Source: Candidatus Nomurabacteria bacterium RIFCSPHIGHO2_02_40_30
GTDB lineage: Bacteria > Patescibacteriota > Minisyncoccia > Phycocordibacterales > UBA9973
DNA: 64,000 nt
Direction: 5' to 3'
Assembly (NCBI GenBank): GCA_001785445.1
Contig: MFTV01000010.1
Coordinates: 101,566-165,565, forward strand
In this document: positions 19,201 through 29,187 of the stretch, piece by piece
Numbering within the stretch: the first letter of the stretch is position 1
How the letters are laid out: the number at the start of each line of letters is the position of its first letter
Position numbers and translations under genes: made by a program
The notes under the pieces: generated by a model
The model's input: only the letters and a program-made list of their open reading frames with translations
What the model was told of the DNA's origin: nothing
Database searches by the model: none

Positions 19201-19629
19201 ATGCAAAACAAAATTACAAAAGAAGATATGCGTAGCTTGGCTCCAGCTATTGTGCGAGTGGGTGTATCTGTTGTTTTTATTTGGTTCGGTTATCAGCAGC
19301 TCATTGATGCCAGCTCTTGGACAGTCTTGGTGCCCTCTTGGGTCACGTCGTTTTCTGGCACAAATGCGGTTAGTTTTATTTATTTGAATGGTATATTTGA
19401 AGTTGTTTTTGGTATATGTTTGCTCTTAGGACTATTTACCAAAACTGTGGGTTTCTTACTTGCCCTGCATATGCTCCATATAACATATTTAGTAGGATAC
19501 AATGACGTGGGGGTACGGGATTTTGGTCTATCGCTCTCAACAATAGCGGTATTTCTGCACGGGGCTGACTCTTGGTGTGTTGATAAATATTTAACGAAGG
19601 TAAACCTACCTTCTGCGCGCCATCTCTAG
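19201..19629 (+). CDS. DoxX-like 4-TM membrane protein
   Basis: Hydrophobicity pattern and size. Confidence 0.4.
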   Translation: MQNKITKEDMRSLAPAIVRVGVSVVFIWFGYQQLIDASSWTVLVPSWVTSFSGTNAVSFIYLNGIFEVVFGICLLLGLFTKTVGFLLALHMLHITYLVGYNDVGVRDFGLSLSTIAVFLHGADSWCVDKYLTKVNLPSARHL

Positions 19630-20202
19630 ATTATGTAACGTTTTTTCTCTGACCAGTTCTCTAAAATCTAGGTCTTCCTTGTATTGAATAGGCACTAAAT
19701 TGGGGCAGTCTTTTAAACTAACGTCATTTAGAAATTTAGGTTTATCATCAAAAAAAACTACTTGCTCATCTTTATGGCTCGCGCATATCATAGAAATTAT
19801 TTCGTTTTTGCTTTCTGTAACCACATATGTTTGAGAAAAATATATGGACACCCCGCTCCTGTCCAGTTTGTCTTGTTGAAATTCTTTTCCACCATAAGTT
19901 ACTAAATAGCAATTATTTTTTCCCAATCTTTCTATCTCATCCAGTAATTCATTATTTATAAAGTTCGGGCATTCAGACATTATCTCTTCGTAAATATCTT
20001 CCATCTTTTTATCTATCTTTCCGCGCTTAAGCAAAGTAGAGATGAAGTTTTTTAACGAAAACTCCTTTTCACGAACTTCTGTGTAATATGTTTCCGCCAC
20101 AGTACGAGAGATACCAGCTTTTTCTAAACACTTATATATGTGCTCTTTAAACTGCTTGGTATTATTGAACAACACGTCATCAAAGTCAAAAATGTATTTC
20201 AT
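19606..20202 (-). CDS. HAD-superfamily hydrolase
   Basis: Motif I 'IFDFDDVLF'. Translationally coupled to yvcK upstream. Confidence 0.55.
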   Translation of the reverse strand: MKYIFDFDDVLFNNTKQFKEHIYKCLEKAGISRTVAETYYTEVREKEFSLKNFISTLLKRGKIDKKMEDIYEEIMSECPNFINNELLDEIERLGKNNCYLVTYGGKEFQQDKLDRSGVSIYFSQTYVVTESKNEIISMICASHKDEQVVFFDDKPKFLNDVSLKDCPNLVPIQYKEDLDFRELVREKTLHNLEMARRR

Positions 20203-20203
20203 A

Positions 20204-21058
20204 TTATTTTTTATTTATTATTTTACTAATAGCTTGTGCCAACTTGGACGAATCATGACGAATAAGACTTCTTTTCATTATATCTCCAGATATTGGTATT
20301 ATAGTTTCTTTAGATCTAAGGGGGGCTTCACCTTTAATTAAATTGTCTACTGGTCTTCCTAGATAAAATTCCAGTTTATCCAAATAGGTATTTGTATCTT
20401 CTCCTTTTAAATTTTCTATAGCGATAACTTTCCCTCGACTTTTTAATAAAGATTCTTTAAATCCTTCTACGATTAGATTAGGTACAATGGAACCATAAAA
20501 ATTTCCAGGACAAATTACTATATAATCTGCTTCCTGAATTGCCTTTGCAGCTTTTGGATTTAGTTGCACTTTATTCCTATAAAAAATTTTCCTCACATCT
20601 ACAATTTTCAAATCACTGGTACTGATTTTACTTTCACCCTCTATTTTTTGACCGTTGGTAAGTAGAACACCCAATTGTGCATCATCTAAAGTAACAGGGA
20701 TAATAGTACCTTTTGGTTTTAGAAATTTCGTAGCTATTTCTAAGGCTTCCTCAAAATTTCCTGTTAACTTTTCCAGACCAGCTATAAACCAATTTCCAAT
20801 CATGTGACCATCTGTATTTCTATGTTTTAAAAACTCATACATTTCTGTATTAAGAGTAAGAGCGGAGAAACATTGCCTAATATCTCCCATTGGATGAACT
20901 CCAAATTTCTCTCGTAGAATACCAGTAGAACCACCATCATCTGCCATAGATGCAACTGCGAAAATAGAAATATTTGTAATGTTTTTTAATCCAGATAGTA
21001 GCCTGTAGCTACCTGTACCGCCACCTATAGTAACGATATTTTTAACTTTAGATTGCAT
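20204..21058 (-). CDS. yvcK: YvcK/CofD-family (UPF0052, gluconeogenesis factor) protein
   Basis: Motifs 'VTIGGGTGSYRLLSGL' and 'MADDGGSTGILR'. Confidence 0.75.
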   Translation of the reverse strand: MQSKVKNIVTIGGGTGSYRLLSGLKNITNISIFAVASMADDGGSTGILREKFGVHPMGDIRQCFSALTLNTEMYEFLKHRNTDGHMIGNWFIAGLEKLTGNFEEALEIATKFLKPKGTIIPVTLDDAQLGVLLTNGQKIEGESKISTSDLKIVDVRKIFYRNKVQLNPKAAKAIQEADYIVICPGNFYGSIVPNLIVEGFKESLLKSRGKVIAIENLKGEDTNTYLDKLEFYLGRPVDNLIKGEAPLRSKETIIPISGDIMKRSLIRHDSSKLAQAISKIINKK

Positions 21059-21104
21059 TTGTAGATATTAGCCTAAATTGCTAATTTTTGCTATTGTAAT
21101 TCGT

Positions 21105-22949
21105 ATGTGTGGCATCGTTGGATACATTGGCAAAAAACAGGCCTACCCGGTTCTAATCAAAGGATTGGAACGGCTGGAGTACCGTGGCTATGACTCTGCG
21201 GGAGTAGCACTTTTAGAGAATGGTGCTTTTTCGGTATACAAGAAAAAGGGTAAAGTAGCAGAATTGTCGAAATTTGTAAAAAATAAAAATATCAAGAATT
21301 TTTCCGGTGGAGTTGGCATAGCGCATACTCGCTGGGCAACTCATGGCATTCCATCAGACAGAAACGCTCATCCACACTTATCTAATAATGGGGACATTGT
21401 TATAGTGCACAATGGAATAATCGAAAATTATCTTTCGATAAAAAAAGTTCTATTAAAAAAGAATTATAAATTTAAATCTGATACGGATACCGAAGTTTTA
21501 GCAAACTTAATCGAAGATATAAAAAATAATGCGAAGGTAAGTATTGATGAGGCGGTACGTCTAGCACTTTTACAGGTGACCGGAGCTTACGCGATTTTAG
21601 TATTGTCGAAAGATGAACCGAACACGATGGTAGTGGCAAAAATAGGTTCTCCTGCCGTGGTAGGAATAGGCAAAGGGGAGTTTTTCGTAGCTTCTGACGC
21701 CACGCCAATTGTTGAACATACGAAAAAAGTGGTGTATTTGGAAGATAGGGAAATAGCTATAATAAAAAACGGCAAACTTAGAATAAAAACCATAGATAAT
21801 AAAATAAAAAATCTTTATGTCCAGAAACTTGAAACAAAAATCGAAGAACTGGAAAAGAACGGTTTCCCTCATTTTATGCTCAAGGAGATATTTGAACAGC
21901 CGGAATCACTGCGCAACACAATGCGAGGAAGAATTCTGGTGGATAAAGGTGGCATTAAATTTGGCGGATTGGAGAAATTTGGAAAAGAGCTTCGCTCACT
22001 GAAAAGTCTCACTATCACAGCTATGGGCACCGCACGTTTTACCGGTCTTGTCGGTGAATACGCATTTGAAGAACTAGCAAAAATCCCTACAAAGGTTGAA
22101 TACAGCTCTGAATTTGCTTACCGTGATGCGTCGGTTGACATAAACACGGGGTTTATTGCAATTTCACAATCCGGAGAGACTGCCGATACTTTAAATGCCG
22201 TTAAGGAAGCTAAAAGAAAAAATATGTTGACTTTGGGTGTAGTAAACGTCATCGGTTCAAGTATTGCTAGAGCCGTAGACGCTGGTATTTACAACCATGC
22301 AGGGCCGGAAACAGCTGTAGCAAGTACTAAAGCTTCGACTTCGCAAGTGCTTATTCTCATCATGCTTGCCGTTTATCTAGGGAGAATGCGTGATTTATCA
22401 AAGGCTAAAGCTCAAGAGATCTTAAAAGAAATGCAAAGACTTCCGAATTTAGCAGAAAAAATTCTAAAAAATGCCAATGAAATAAAAAAACTTGCGAAAA
22501 AATACAGCAAAAATAATAATTTCTTTTTCCTTGGTCGCAAATATAATGCCGGAGCTGCCATGGAAGGGGCATTAAAGCTCAAAGAATGTTCTTACATTCA
22601 TGCCGAAGGAATAAATGCCACCGAGCTCAAACACGGACCGCTTTCACTGATTGATAAAAATTTCCCATCACTTGTTATAGCACCGAATGACAGTATGTAT
22701 GAAAAAAGCAAAACTGGAATTCAAGAAATAAAAGCTCGCGGCGGGCGTGTGATAGCCGTCGCCACTGAAGGCAACAGGGAGATTAAAACAATCGCTGATG
22801 ATGTAATTTATATTCCAAAAACTCTTGAGATTCTGACTCCGATTCTGGCTTTTATTCCAATGCAACTCTTTGCCTACTATATAGCGGTTGAACGTGGTAA
22901 TGATGTCGATAAGCCAAGGAATTTGGCAAAGTCTGTAACAGTGGAATAA
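21105..22949 (+). CDS. glmS: Glutamine--fructose-6-phosphate aminotransferase
   Basis: Starts MCGIVGYIG (Ntn Cys). Two SIS domains. Ends ...SVTVE. Confidence 0.9.
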   Translation: MCGIVGYIGKKQAYPVLIKGLERLEYRGYDSAGVALLENGAFSVYKKKGKVAELSKFVKNKNIKNFSGGVGIAHTRWATHGIPSDRNAHPHLSNNGDIVIVHNGIIENYLSIKKVLLKKNYKFKSDTDTEVLANLIEDIKNNAKVSIDEAVRLALLQVTGAYAILVLSKDEPNTMVVAKIGSPAVVGIGKGEFFVASDATPIVEHTKKVVYLEDREIAIIKNGKLRIKTIDNKIKNLYVQKLETKIEELEKNGFPHFMLKEIFEQPESLRNTMRGRILVDKGGIKFGGLEKFGKELRSLKSLTITAMGTARFTGLVGEYAFEELAKIPTKVEYSSEFAYRDASVDINTGFIAISQSGETADTLNAVKEAKRKNMLTLGVVNVIGSSIARAVDAGIYNHAGPETAVASTKASTSQVLILIMLAVYLGRMRDLSKAKAQEILKEMQRLPNLAEKILKNANEIKKLAKKYSKNNNFFFLGRKYNAGAAMEGALKLKECSYIHAEGINATELKHGPLSLIDKNFPSLVIAPNDSMYEKSKTGIQEIKARGGRVIAVATEGNREIKTIADDVIYIPKTLEILTPILAFIPMQLFAYYIAVERGNDVDKPRNLAKSVTVE

Positions 22950-22959
22950 AATATAATAT

Positions 22960-23295
22960 ATGAACATAACCTCAAAAAAAGAGAATAAGGCGTATGCAAT
23001 AAAAATTGTGGCAGAAGAAAACGGTAATATTTTAGGTGGAGCCTATTTATATATTATGTTTAATGATTTACACACCAAGCCGTTTGGGTTTTTAGAGAAT
23101 GTTTTTGTTAAAGAGGAGTATCGTGGAGGAGGCATCGGTTCTAAATTAGTTGAGGCTGTGATAGAAGAAGCAAAAAAGCAAGGTTGCTACAAAATAATTG
23201 GTACAAGTCGTAATACTAACTCTAAAGTTCATGATTTCTATAAAAAACTAAACTTTAAGGATTATGGTAAAGAATACAGAATAGATTTAATTTGA
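22960..23295 (+). CDS. GNAT-family N-acetyltransferase
   Basis: Acetyl-CoA-binding motif 'RGGGIGSKLVEAVIEEAKKQG'. Confidence 0.6.
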   Translation: MNITSKKENKAYAIKIVAEENGNILGGAYLYIMFNDLHTKPFGFLENVFVKEEYRGGGIGSKLVEAVIEEAKKQGCYKIIGTSRNTNSKVHDFYKKLNFKDYGKEYRIDLI

Positions 23296-23309
23296 TATAA
23301 TGCAAACAT

Positions 23310-24254
23310 ATGGAAAAGATTTTAGTAATTGGCGCATGCGGGCAAATAGGAGTGGAGCTGACTTTGGCTCTGCGAGAAAAATACGGCAATGAAAATGTGA
23401 TAGCCTCTGATATTCGGGAAGAAAGTGAAATTCTTAAGGGTACAGGCCCTTTCGTCGTCCTTGACGCCATGGACCACGAAGCGACTAGAGCCTTGGTAAA
23501 AAAAGAGAGTATAACTACCATTTACTTGCTGGCGGCTCTTCTCTCTGTGACTGGTGAAAAAAATCCTGCTTTATGTTGGGGTTTAAATATGGGAGCCTTG
23601 AGGCAAATTCTTGACTTAGGTATAGAAGAAAAATTAAAAATATTTTGGCCTAGCTCTATTGCTGTTTTTGGAGCAACTACTCCACAGGATAACACTCCCC
23701 AAAAAACAATTATTGAACCAACAACTATGTATGGCATCACTAAATACGCCGGAGAACTTTTATGTCAATACTACAATAAACGCCTTGGGCTTGATGTGAG
23801 GAGTGTGCGCTACCCGGGGCTAATCAGTTGGAAAACCGAGCCGGGAGGAGGAACTACTGACTACGCTGTAGAAATATTTTATGGAGCTCTCAAGGAGGGC
23901 AAGTATACTAGTTTTCTTTCAGAAAATACCTACTTGCCAATGATGTACATGGACGATGCTATTGCTGCCACACTTCAAATAATGGAAGTATCCAAAGAAA
24001 AAATAAAAATAGCGATGGCTTACAACTTGTCGGCTATAAGTTTTTCACCAAAAGAAATTGCCGAAGCTATAAAAAAACAAATTCCCAATTTTGAGATAAG
24101 CTATGCTCCAGATTCTCGCCAAGCTATTGCTGATTCTTGGCCACAAAGCATTGATGACAGCTCTGCGCGCGCAGATTGGGGCTGGAAACATGAATACGAT
24201 TTATCAAAGATGGTAGACACAATGCTAAAGAATTTAAAAGAAAAGTTAAAATAG
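23310..24254 (+). CDS. tdh: NAD-dependent epimerase/dehydratase-family L-threonine 3-dehydrogenase (SDR-type TDH)
   Basis: Rossmann motif 'VIGACGQIG'. Sits 3 bp upstream of kbl, the canonical tdh-kbl pair. Confidence 0.65.
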   Translation: MEKILVIGACGQIGVELTLALREKYGNENVIASDIREESEILKGTGPFVVLDAMDHEATRALVKKESITTIYLLAALLSVTGEKNPALCWGLNMGALRQILDLGIEEKLKIFWPSSIAVFGATTPQDNTPQKTIIEPTTMYGITKYAGELLCQYYNKRLGLDVRSVRYPGLISWKTEPGGGTTDYAVEIFYGALKEGKYTSFLSENTYLPMMYMDDAIAATLQIMEVSKEKIKIAMAYNLSAISFSPKEIAEAIKKQIPNFEISYAPDSRQAIADSWPQSIDDSSARADWGWKHEYDLSKMVDTMLKNLKEKLK

Positions 24255-24257
24255 TTT

Positions 24258-25484
24258 ATGTATTCTAAAAAACTGGTTGAAAATATAGAAAATGAATTGG
24301 AGGCTTTGAAAGGAGCTGGGAAGTTCAAGGTAGAAAGAGAACTTGAAGGAGCGCAAGGTGCAGAAGTAAATATTGCTGGTAAGAAGGTTTTAATGTTCGC
24401 CTCAAATAATTATTTGGGTTTAGCGAATCATCCAGAAATTATAAAAGCCAGCAAGGAAGCTGTGGACAAATACGGCTTTGGTCTTTCTTCGGTTAGATTT
24501 ATCGCTGGCACAGAAACAATACACAAGACTTTGGAAAAAAAGTTAGCAGAATTTTTAGGTACAGAAGATGCCATTCTTTACTCTACGAACTTTATGGCCA
24601 ATTTAGGATTTTTTGCCACCATGACCAATGAAGCTTTCGGTGACGAGACGAGCCATCTAGATGCAATCTATAGTGACGAACTGAATCATGCCAGCATCAT
24701 TGACGCTTTCAAGCTTTGTAAAAAAGAAAATGTAGTAAAGAGAATTTATCCGCACGGTGATATTCCAACGCTCGAGCAAATGCTAGAAGAAGACAAGAGC
24801 AAGAATTACAGATTTAAAATAATCGTAACTGACGGAGTTTTCTCAATGGAAGGGTATTTAGCGAATTTACCGGAAATAAAAAAGCTTGCAGAAAAATATG
24901 AGGCACTGCTTTTCGTAGATGATGCTCATGCAGTAGGAGTACTTGGCAAAACTGGGGCTGGCACACCGGAGTATTACGATTTGCATGGCAAAATTGATAT
25001 TCTGTCAGGAACTTTCGGCAAAGCGCTCGGCGGAGCAATTGGCGGATATATTGCCGGTAAGGCTGAAATAGTAGAACTACTTCGCCAGAAATCTCGTACT
25101 TATCTTTTCTCAAACTCTTTACCTCCTTCTGTAGTCATGGCATCAATTAAAGCGTTAGACTTATTAAAAGAAGAGCTGGAACTTTTAAATAAAGTTATAG
25201 AAAATTCAGAATACTTTAGAGAGGAAGTAAAAAAGTTAGGCTTCAATGTTTTGGAAGGCAACCACCCTATAGTCCCTGTGATGCTAAGTGACGCAGGGCT
25301 GACACAGAAAGTGAGTAGAAAGTTATTAGATAATGGACTTTATGTGGTGGGGCTTTGGTTTCCAGTTGTGCCGGAAGGTGCCGCCCGACTACGCTTTCAA
25401 ATCTCTGCTGCGCACACAAAAGGACAAATCGACCAAGCCATAGAGATAATGCGAGAGGTTGGCAAAGAAATGAAAATAATATAA
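24258..25484 (+). CDS. kbl: 2-amino-3-ketobutyrate CoA ligase (glycine C-acetyltransferase)
   Basis: Motif 'FASNNYLGLANHPEI' and PLP-lysine region 'SGTFGKALGG'. Confidence 0.85.
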   Translation: MYSKKLVENIENELEALKGAGKFKVERELEGAQGAEVNIAGKKVLMFASNNYLGLANHPEIIKASKEAVDKYGFGLSSVRFIAGTETIHKTLEKKLAEFLGTEDAILYSTNFMANLGFFATMTNEAFGDETSHLDAIYSDELNHASIIDAFKLCKKENVVKRIYPHGDIPTLEQMLEEDKSKNYRFKIIVTDGVFSMEGYLANLPEIKKLAEKYEALLFVDDAHAVGVLGKTGAGTPEYYDLHGKIDILSGTFGKALGGAIGGYIAGKAEIVELLRQKSRTYLFSNSLPPSVVMASIKALDLLKEELELLNKVIENSEYFREEVKKLGFNVLEGNHPIVPVMLSDAGLTQKVSRKLLDNGLYVVGLWFPVVPEGAARLRFQISAAHTKGQIDQAIEIMREVGKEMKII

Positions 25485-25495
25485 AGTGTATTTAT

Positions 25496-28429
25496 ATGAT
25501 TTCACGGATATATGTAATGCCTAAAGATAAGGGTACACGGGCAGATTCTTACCTTATTGACTCTAAATTGTCCTTAAAAGAACTCACGAAGCTGGCTAAT
25601 GCCCTTACGAATCCGATTCTAGAAAAATATTATATAAATGAACCCCTGAAAGTGGGGAATTTTTCTTATGCGATTGAAATAGGTTATAAACCGGGAGTAA
25701 CGGATAACGTAAGTCACACTGTTAAAGAAATTGCTACAGATTTACTTAACTTGAAAAAGCACACGGACTTTCAAGTATATACTTCCAAGATTCTTTTCAC
25801 TTCCGGCAATAAAGAAAGGACAGAAAAATTTGCTCTTGAATTGTATAATCCGCTTATTGAGCGAGCCAATATAGCGCAGATTAAAAACGGAAAAATAAAT
25901 TTTCCCAATAAAGCTCCAAAGGTAATTCTTGAAAAAAGAAAACTGGTTGTAAAAGTTCCGCTTAATGTTTCCGATGAAGAACTTATAAAGATAGGAACTT
26001 TGGGAATCAAAGAAGGGAATATTCGGCGCGGGCCGCTGGCGCTCGACTTAGCTTCAATGCACGCCATAAAAGAATACTTTGCCAAACTAAAAAGAACACC
26101 AACGGACATTGAGCTTGAAGCTTTGGCGCAGACATGGTCGGAACACTGCAAGCACACTATTTTTGCGAATCAGATAGATGATATACAAGAAGGGCTATAC
26201 AAGACTTATATAAAAGGAGCGACAAATCTTATCCGTAAACAAAAAAGAGAGAGAGGTCAGCAGGATTTTTGCGTTTCTGTTTTTTCTGATAATTCCGGTG
26301 GAATAATTTTTGACAAAGATTTCTTAATAACCCACAAAGTTGAAACACACAACTCTCCTTCTTTCTTAGATCCGTTTGGAGGAGCTATTACCGGCATTGT
26401 GGGAGTGAATCGCGACACGATAGGCTTCGGGCTGGGGGCTAAGCCAGTGGCTAATACTTACGGATTTTGTTTTGGCGAACCGGACGAAAAAAGGCATCTA
26501 TATTTAGATAAAGAACAAAAGCAAAAAATGCTCCTGCCAAAACGAATCATGGATGGTGTGATAAAAGGCATAAACGTTGGGGGGAACTGCTCTGGTATTC
26601 CGACTATTTCCGGATTTGTAAAATTTGACGAAAGATACAGAGGTAGGCCACTTGTGTTCGCCGGAACAGTAGGATTGATACCGAAAAAAATTGGAGCAAG
26701 ACTTTCTCATGAAAAAAAGGCAAAACCTAGGGACTGTGTCGTAATCATTGGGGGTAGAACAGGAGCAGATGGTATCCATGGAGCCACATTTTCTTCTGTT
26801 GCCACAGATTTTAATTCACCGGCCACGGCAGTGCAAATTGGTGACCCGATAACCCAGAAAAAGTTAAGTGATGCAATAATAAAAGAAGCCCGAGATATGA
26901 ATTTATATAACAGCATCACGGACATCGGTGGCGGTGGAATGTCTTCTTCGGTAGCAGAAATGGCTAAAGAGTCCGGCGGGGTTAAAGTTGATTTGGAAAA
27001 AGTTCCGCTAAAATATCCGGGGCTTCGGCCGTGGGAAATATGGATTTCAGAATCACAGGAACGCATGACTCTCGCTGTGCCGAAGAATAAAATAAAAAAA
27101 CTTTTCAAACTTTTGGAAAGTCGTGAAGTGGAAGCTACGGTAGTGGGAGAATTTACCAATTCCGGCAAGTGTGTGCTCTATTACAAAGGTAAAAAAATAA
27201 TGGACATGGACATGGAGTTCTTACATAACGGACTACCAAAGCATCATTTAAGAACCTCACCCCCGCCCGCGTTAGCAGACCTCCCCCTCTCCTTGGCAAG
27301 GAGAGGGGCTAGAGGTGAGGTATACACAAAAGATCTTGAGAATTTACTTGGAAGTAAAAATCTAAATGGATTTTCTTTCATCTCCGAACAATATGACCAC
27401 GAAGTGCAGGGATCATCTGTGCTAAAACCTCTTTCGGGTCCGGGACGTATCAACACTGACGCCCAAGTTTTCCGTCCAGTTTTAAATTCAAACAAAGGAG
27501 TTGTATTGTCATCTGCACTTTATCCTTCGTATGGAGACATCAGCACCTACGACATGGCTGCTTGTGCGCTTGACACTACTGTTCGAAACGCAGTTGCTTC
27601 TGGCGGCACTCTTTCTCACCTCGCTATATTAGACAACTTCTGTTGGTGCTCTTCGTATGACAAAACACGGCTATATCAGCTCGTAGAAGCTGTAAAAGCC
27701 TGTTATGACTACGCTGTGGGCTATGGCACCCCATTTATTTCTGGCAAGGACAGTATGTTTAATGATTTTAAGGGTTATGACGAGAAGGGTAATCCTGTGG
27801 CCATTTCTATCCCTCCGACGCTTCTAATATCTGCCATAGGGGTAGTGTCGGACTTTTATAAAGTTGTTTCGCCGGAATTCAAAAATGCGGGAGATATAAT
27901 ATATTTGCTAGGAGAAACTCATGATGAACTTGGAGCAAGTGAATACTATAAGATGCTTGGAGAAATTGAAAATAACCCCGCACCAGAGCAAGCTCGGTAC
28001 GGGGCAAGTGTTCCGAAAGTTAACTTAGAAAAAAATCTAAAAACATATCTGGCGCTGGAAAAAGCGATTCAAAAAGAATTGTTGAATTCTTCTCTTTCTG
28101 TAACTTCCGGAGGCTTCGGAATTGCATTGGCAAAAGCCTGTGTTGGCGGAATGCTCGGATGTAAAATAAATGTAGAAAGCATGTCTGCGGGCTCAAATTC
28201 GGCCATGGTGAAGCTTTTCTCTGAAAGCCAAGGGAGGGTATTGGTATCCGTACCTCCTAAAAATACAAGGGAATTTGAAAAAATATTTAAGGATATATCG
28301 AATGCCAGGCTCGGAACAGTTTCCAAAGACAACAAATTTATAATAACAGAAGATAATAAAAAAATAGTGGATTCGTCCGTAAAAAAGCTGTACGACATTT
28401 ATCATAAGTTTTCCAATTCAATGCAATGA
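25496..28429 (+). CDS. purL: Phosphoribosylformylglycinamidine synthase, PurS-PurL fusion (977 aa)
   Basis: ATG at 25496; the ORF-track start at 25355 would overlap kbl. N-terminal ~120 aa is PurS-like, followed by the PurL AIRS domains. Contains an in-frame GC-rich palindromic insert at 27279-27316. Confidence 0.85.
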   Translation: MISRIYVMPKDKGTRADSYLIDSKLSLKELTKLANALTNPILEKYYINEPLKVGNFSYAIEIGYKPGVTDNVSHTVKEIATDLLNLKKHTDFQVYTSKILFTSGNKERTEKFALELYNPLIERANIAQIKNGKINFPNKAPKVILEKRKLVVKVPLNVSDEELIKIGTLGIKEGNIRRGPLALDLASMHAIKEYFAKLKRTPTDIELEALAQTWSEHCKHTIFANQIDDIQEGLYKTYIKGATNLIRKQKRERGQQDFCVSVFSDNSGGIIFDKDFLITHKVETHNSPSFLDPFGGAITGIVGVNRDTIGFGLGAKPVANTYGFCFGEPDEKRHLYLDKEQKQKMLLPKRIMDGVIKGINVGGNCSGIPTISGFVKFDERYRGRPLVFAGTVGLIPKKIGARLSHEKKAKPRDCVVIIGGRTGADGIHGATFSSVATDFNSPATAVQIGDPITQKKLSDAIIKEARDMNLYNSITDIGGGGMSSSVAEMAKESGGVKVDLEKVPLKYPGLRPWEIWISESQERMTLAVPKNKIKKLFKLLESREVEATVVGEFTNSGKCVLYYKGKKIMDMDMEFLHNGLPKHHLRTSPPPALADLPLSLARRGARGEVYTKDLENLLGSKNLNGFSFISEQYDHEVQGSSVLKPLSGPGRINTDAQVFRPVLNSNKGVVLSSALYPSYGDISTYDMAACALDTTVRNAVASGGTLSHLAILDNFCWCSSYDKTRLYQLVEAVKACYDYAVGYGTPFISGKDSMFNDFKGYDEKGNPVAISIPPTLLISAIGVVSDFYKVVSPEFKNAGDIIYLLGETHDELGASEYYKMLGEIENNPAPEQARYGASVPKVNLEKNLKTYLALEKAIQKELLNSSLSVTSGGFGIALAKACVGGMLGCKINVESMSAGSNSAMVKLFSESQGRVLVSVPPKNTREFEKIFKDISNARLGTVSKDNKFIITEDNKKIVDSSVKKLYDIYHKFSNSMQ
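27279..27316. repeat. GC-rich perfect inverted repeat inserted in frame within purL
   Basis: Arms cccctctccttg (27284-27295) and caaggagagggg (27297-27308), 1-nt centre, flanked by outer acctc/gaggt. GC over 65% in a ~37% GC gene. Encodes 'SPPPALADLPLSLARRGARGEV'. Confidence 0.6.
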
Positions 28430-29187
28430 AAAATAAAAAACCCAAAATAATAATAATGTCAGGCTATGGACTCAACTGTGAGGAAGAAACTAAGTTTGCT
28501 TTTGATTGGGCGGGTGGAAACGCTGACATTATACATATCAACGACTTGATTGCTAAACCAAAAATGCTGAAAGAATACCAAATTCTTGTGTTCCCCGGAG
28601 GTTTTGCTTACGGTGACGACACGGGAAGCGGCAAGGCTTATGCCAATAAATTTAAGAATCACCTATTAAAAGAGCTATGTGAGTTTTTATCTCGAGACAC
28701 TTTGGTGATAGGAATATGTAACGGATTCCAGATTATAACTAATCTTGAAATAGTTCCCGGCGCGTTGACATATAACAAGAACGGTAAATTCATAGACCGT
28801 TGGCTTGATTTAGAAACAAGAAATAGCACCAGTCCTTGGCTTAAGGGTATAAAGAAAATATCTATACCTATAACCCACGGGGAGGGAAGATATATTACTA
28901 ATCCAAAAGAGTACAAAACTTTAAAGAAAAATGAACAGATAGCATTCCTTTATGCAAAAGGTGATATTTATAAATTCCAAAATTTAGAACATAACCCAAA
29001 TGGCTCACAATATGACATCGCTGGAGTTTTAGCATATAATGGTAGGGTTCTGGGTATGATGCCTCATCCAGAAAAAGCTATATTTGCGCATCAAAGCCCT
29101 TTATGGTACAAGAATAAAAAGGTTTCGAAAGAAGGGCAAGGGCTACAAATTTTTAAGAACGGGGTTAATTATTTTAAAGATAGATGA
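28426..29187 (+). CDS. purQ: Phosphoribosylformylglycinamidine synthase I (glutaminase subunit)
   Basis: Class I GATase motifs: 'GICNGFQ' (nucleophile Cys) and 'HPE'. Confidence 0.85.
   Translation: MKNKKPKIIIMSGYGLNCEEETKFAFDWAGGNADIIHINDLIAKPKMLKEYQILVFPGGFAYGDDTGSGKAYANKFKNHLLKELCEFLSRDTLVIGICNGFQIITNLEIVPGALTYNKNGKFIDRWLDLETRNSTSPWLKGIKKISIPITHGEGRYITNPKEYKTLKKNEQIAFLYAKGDIYKFQNLEHNPNGSQYDIAGVLAYNGRVLGMMPHPEKAIFAHQSPLWYKNKKVSKEGQGLQIFKNGVNYFKDR

Noticed and set aside
25355-25495. ORF-track 5' extension of purL. Similar over-extensions occur at 21078 (glmS), 60264 (trxB), 61535 (DUF4430), 35270 (purH) and 52690 (lysC).
   Set aside because: The extensions overlap the preceding gene or lack an RBS. 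The conserved N-termini start at internal ATGs (25496, 21105, 60393, 61649, 35282, 52639).
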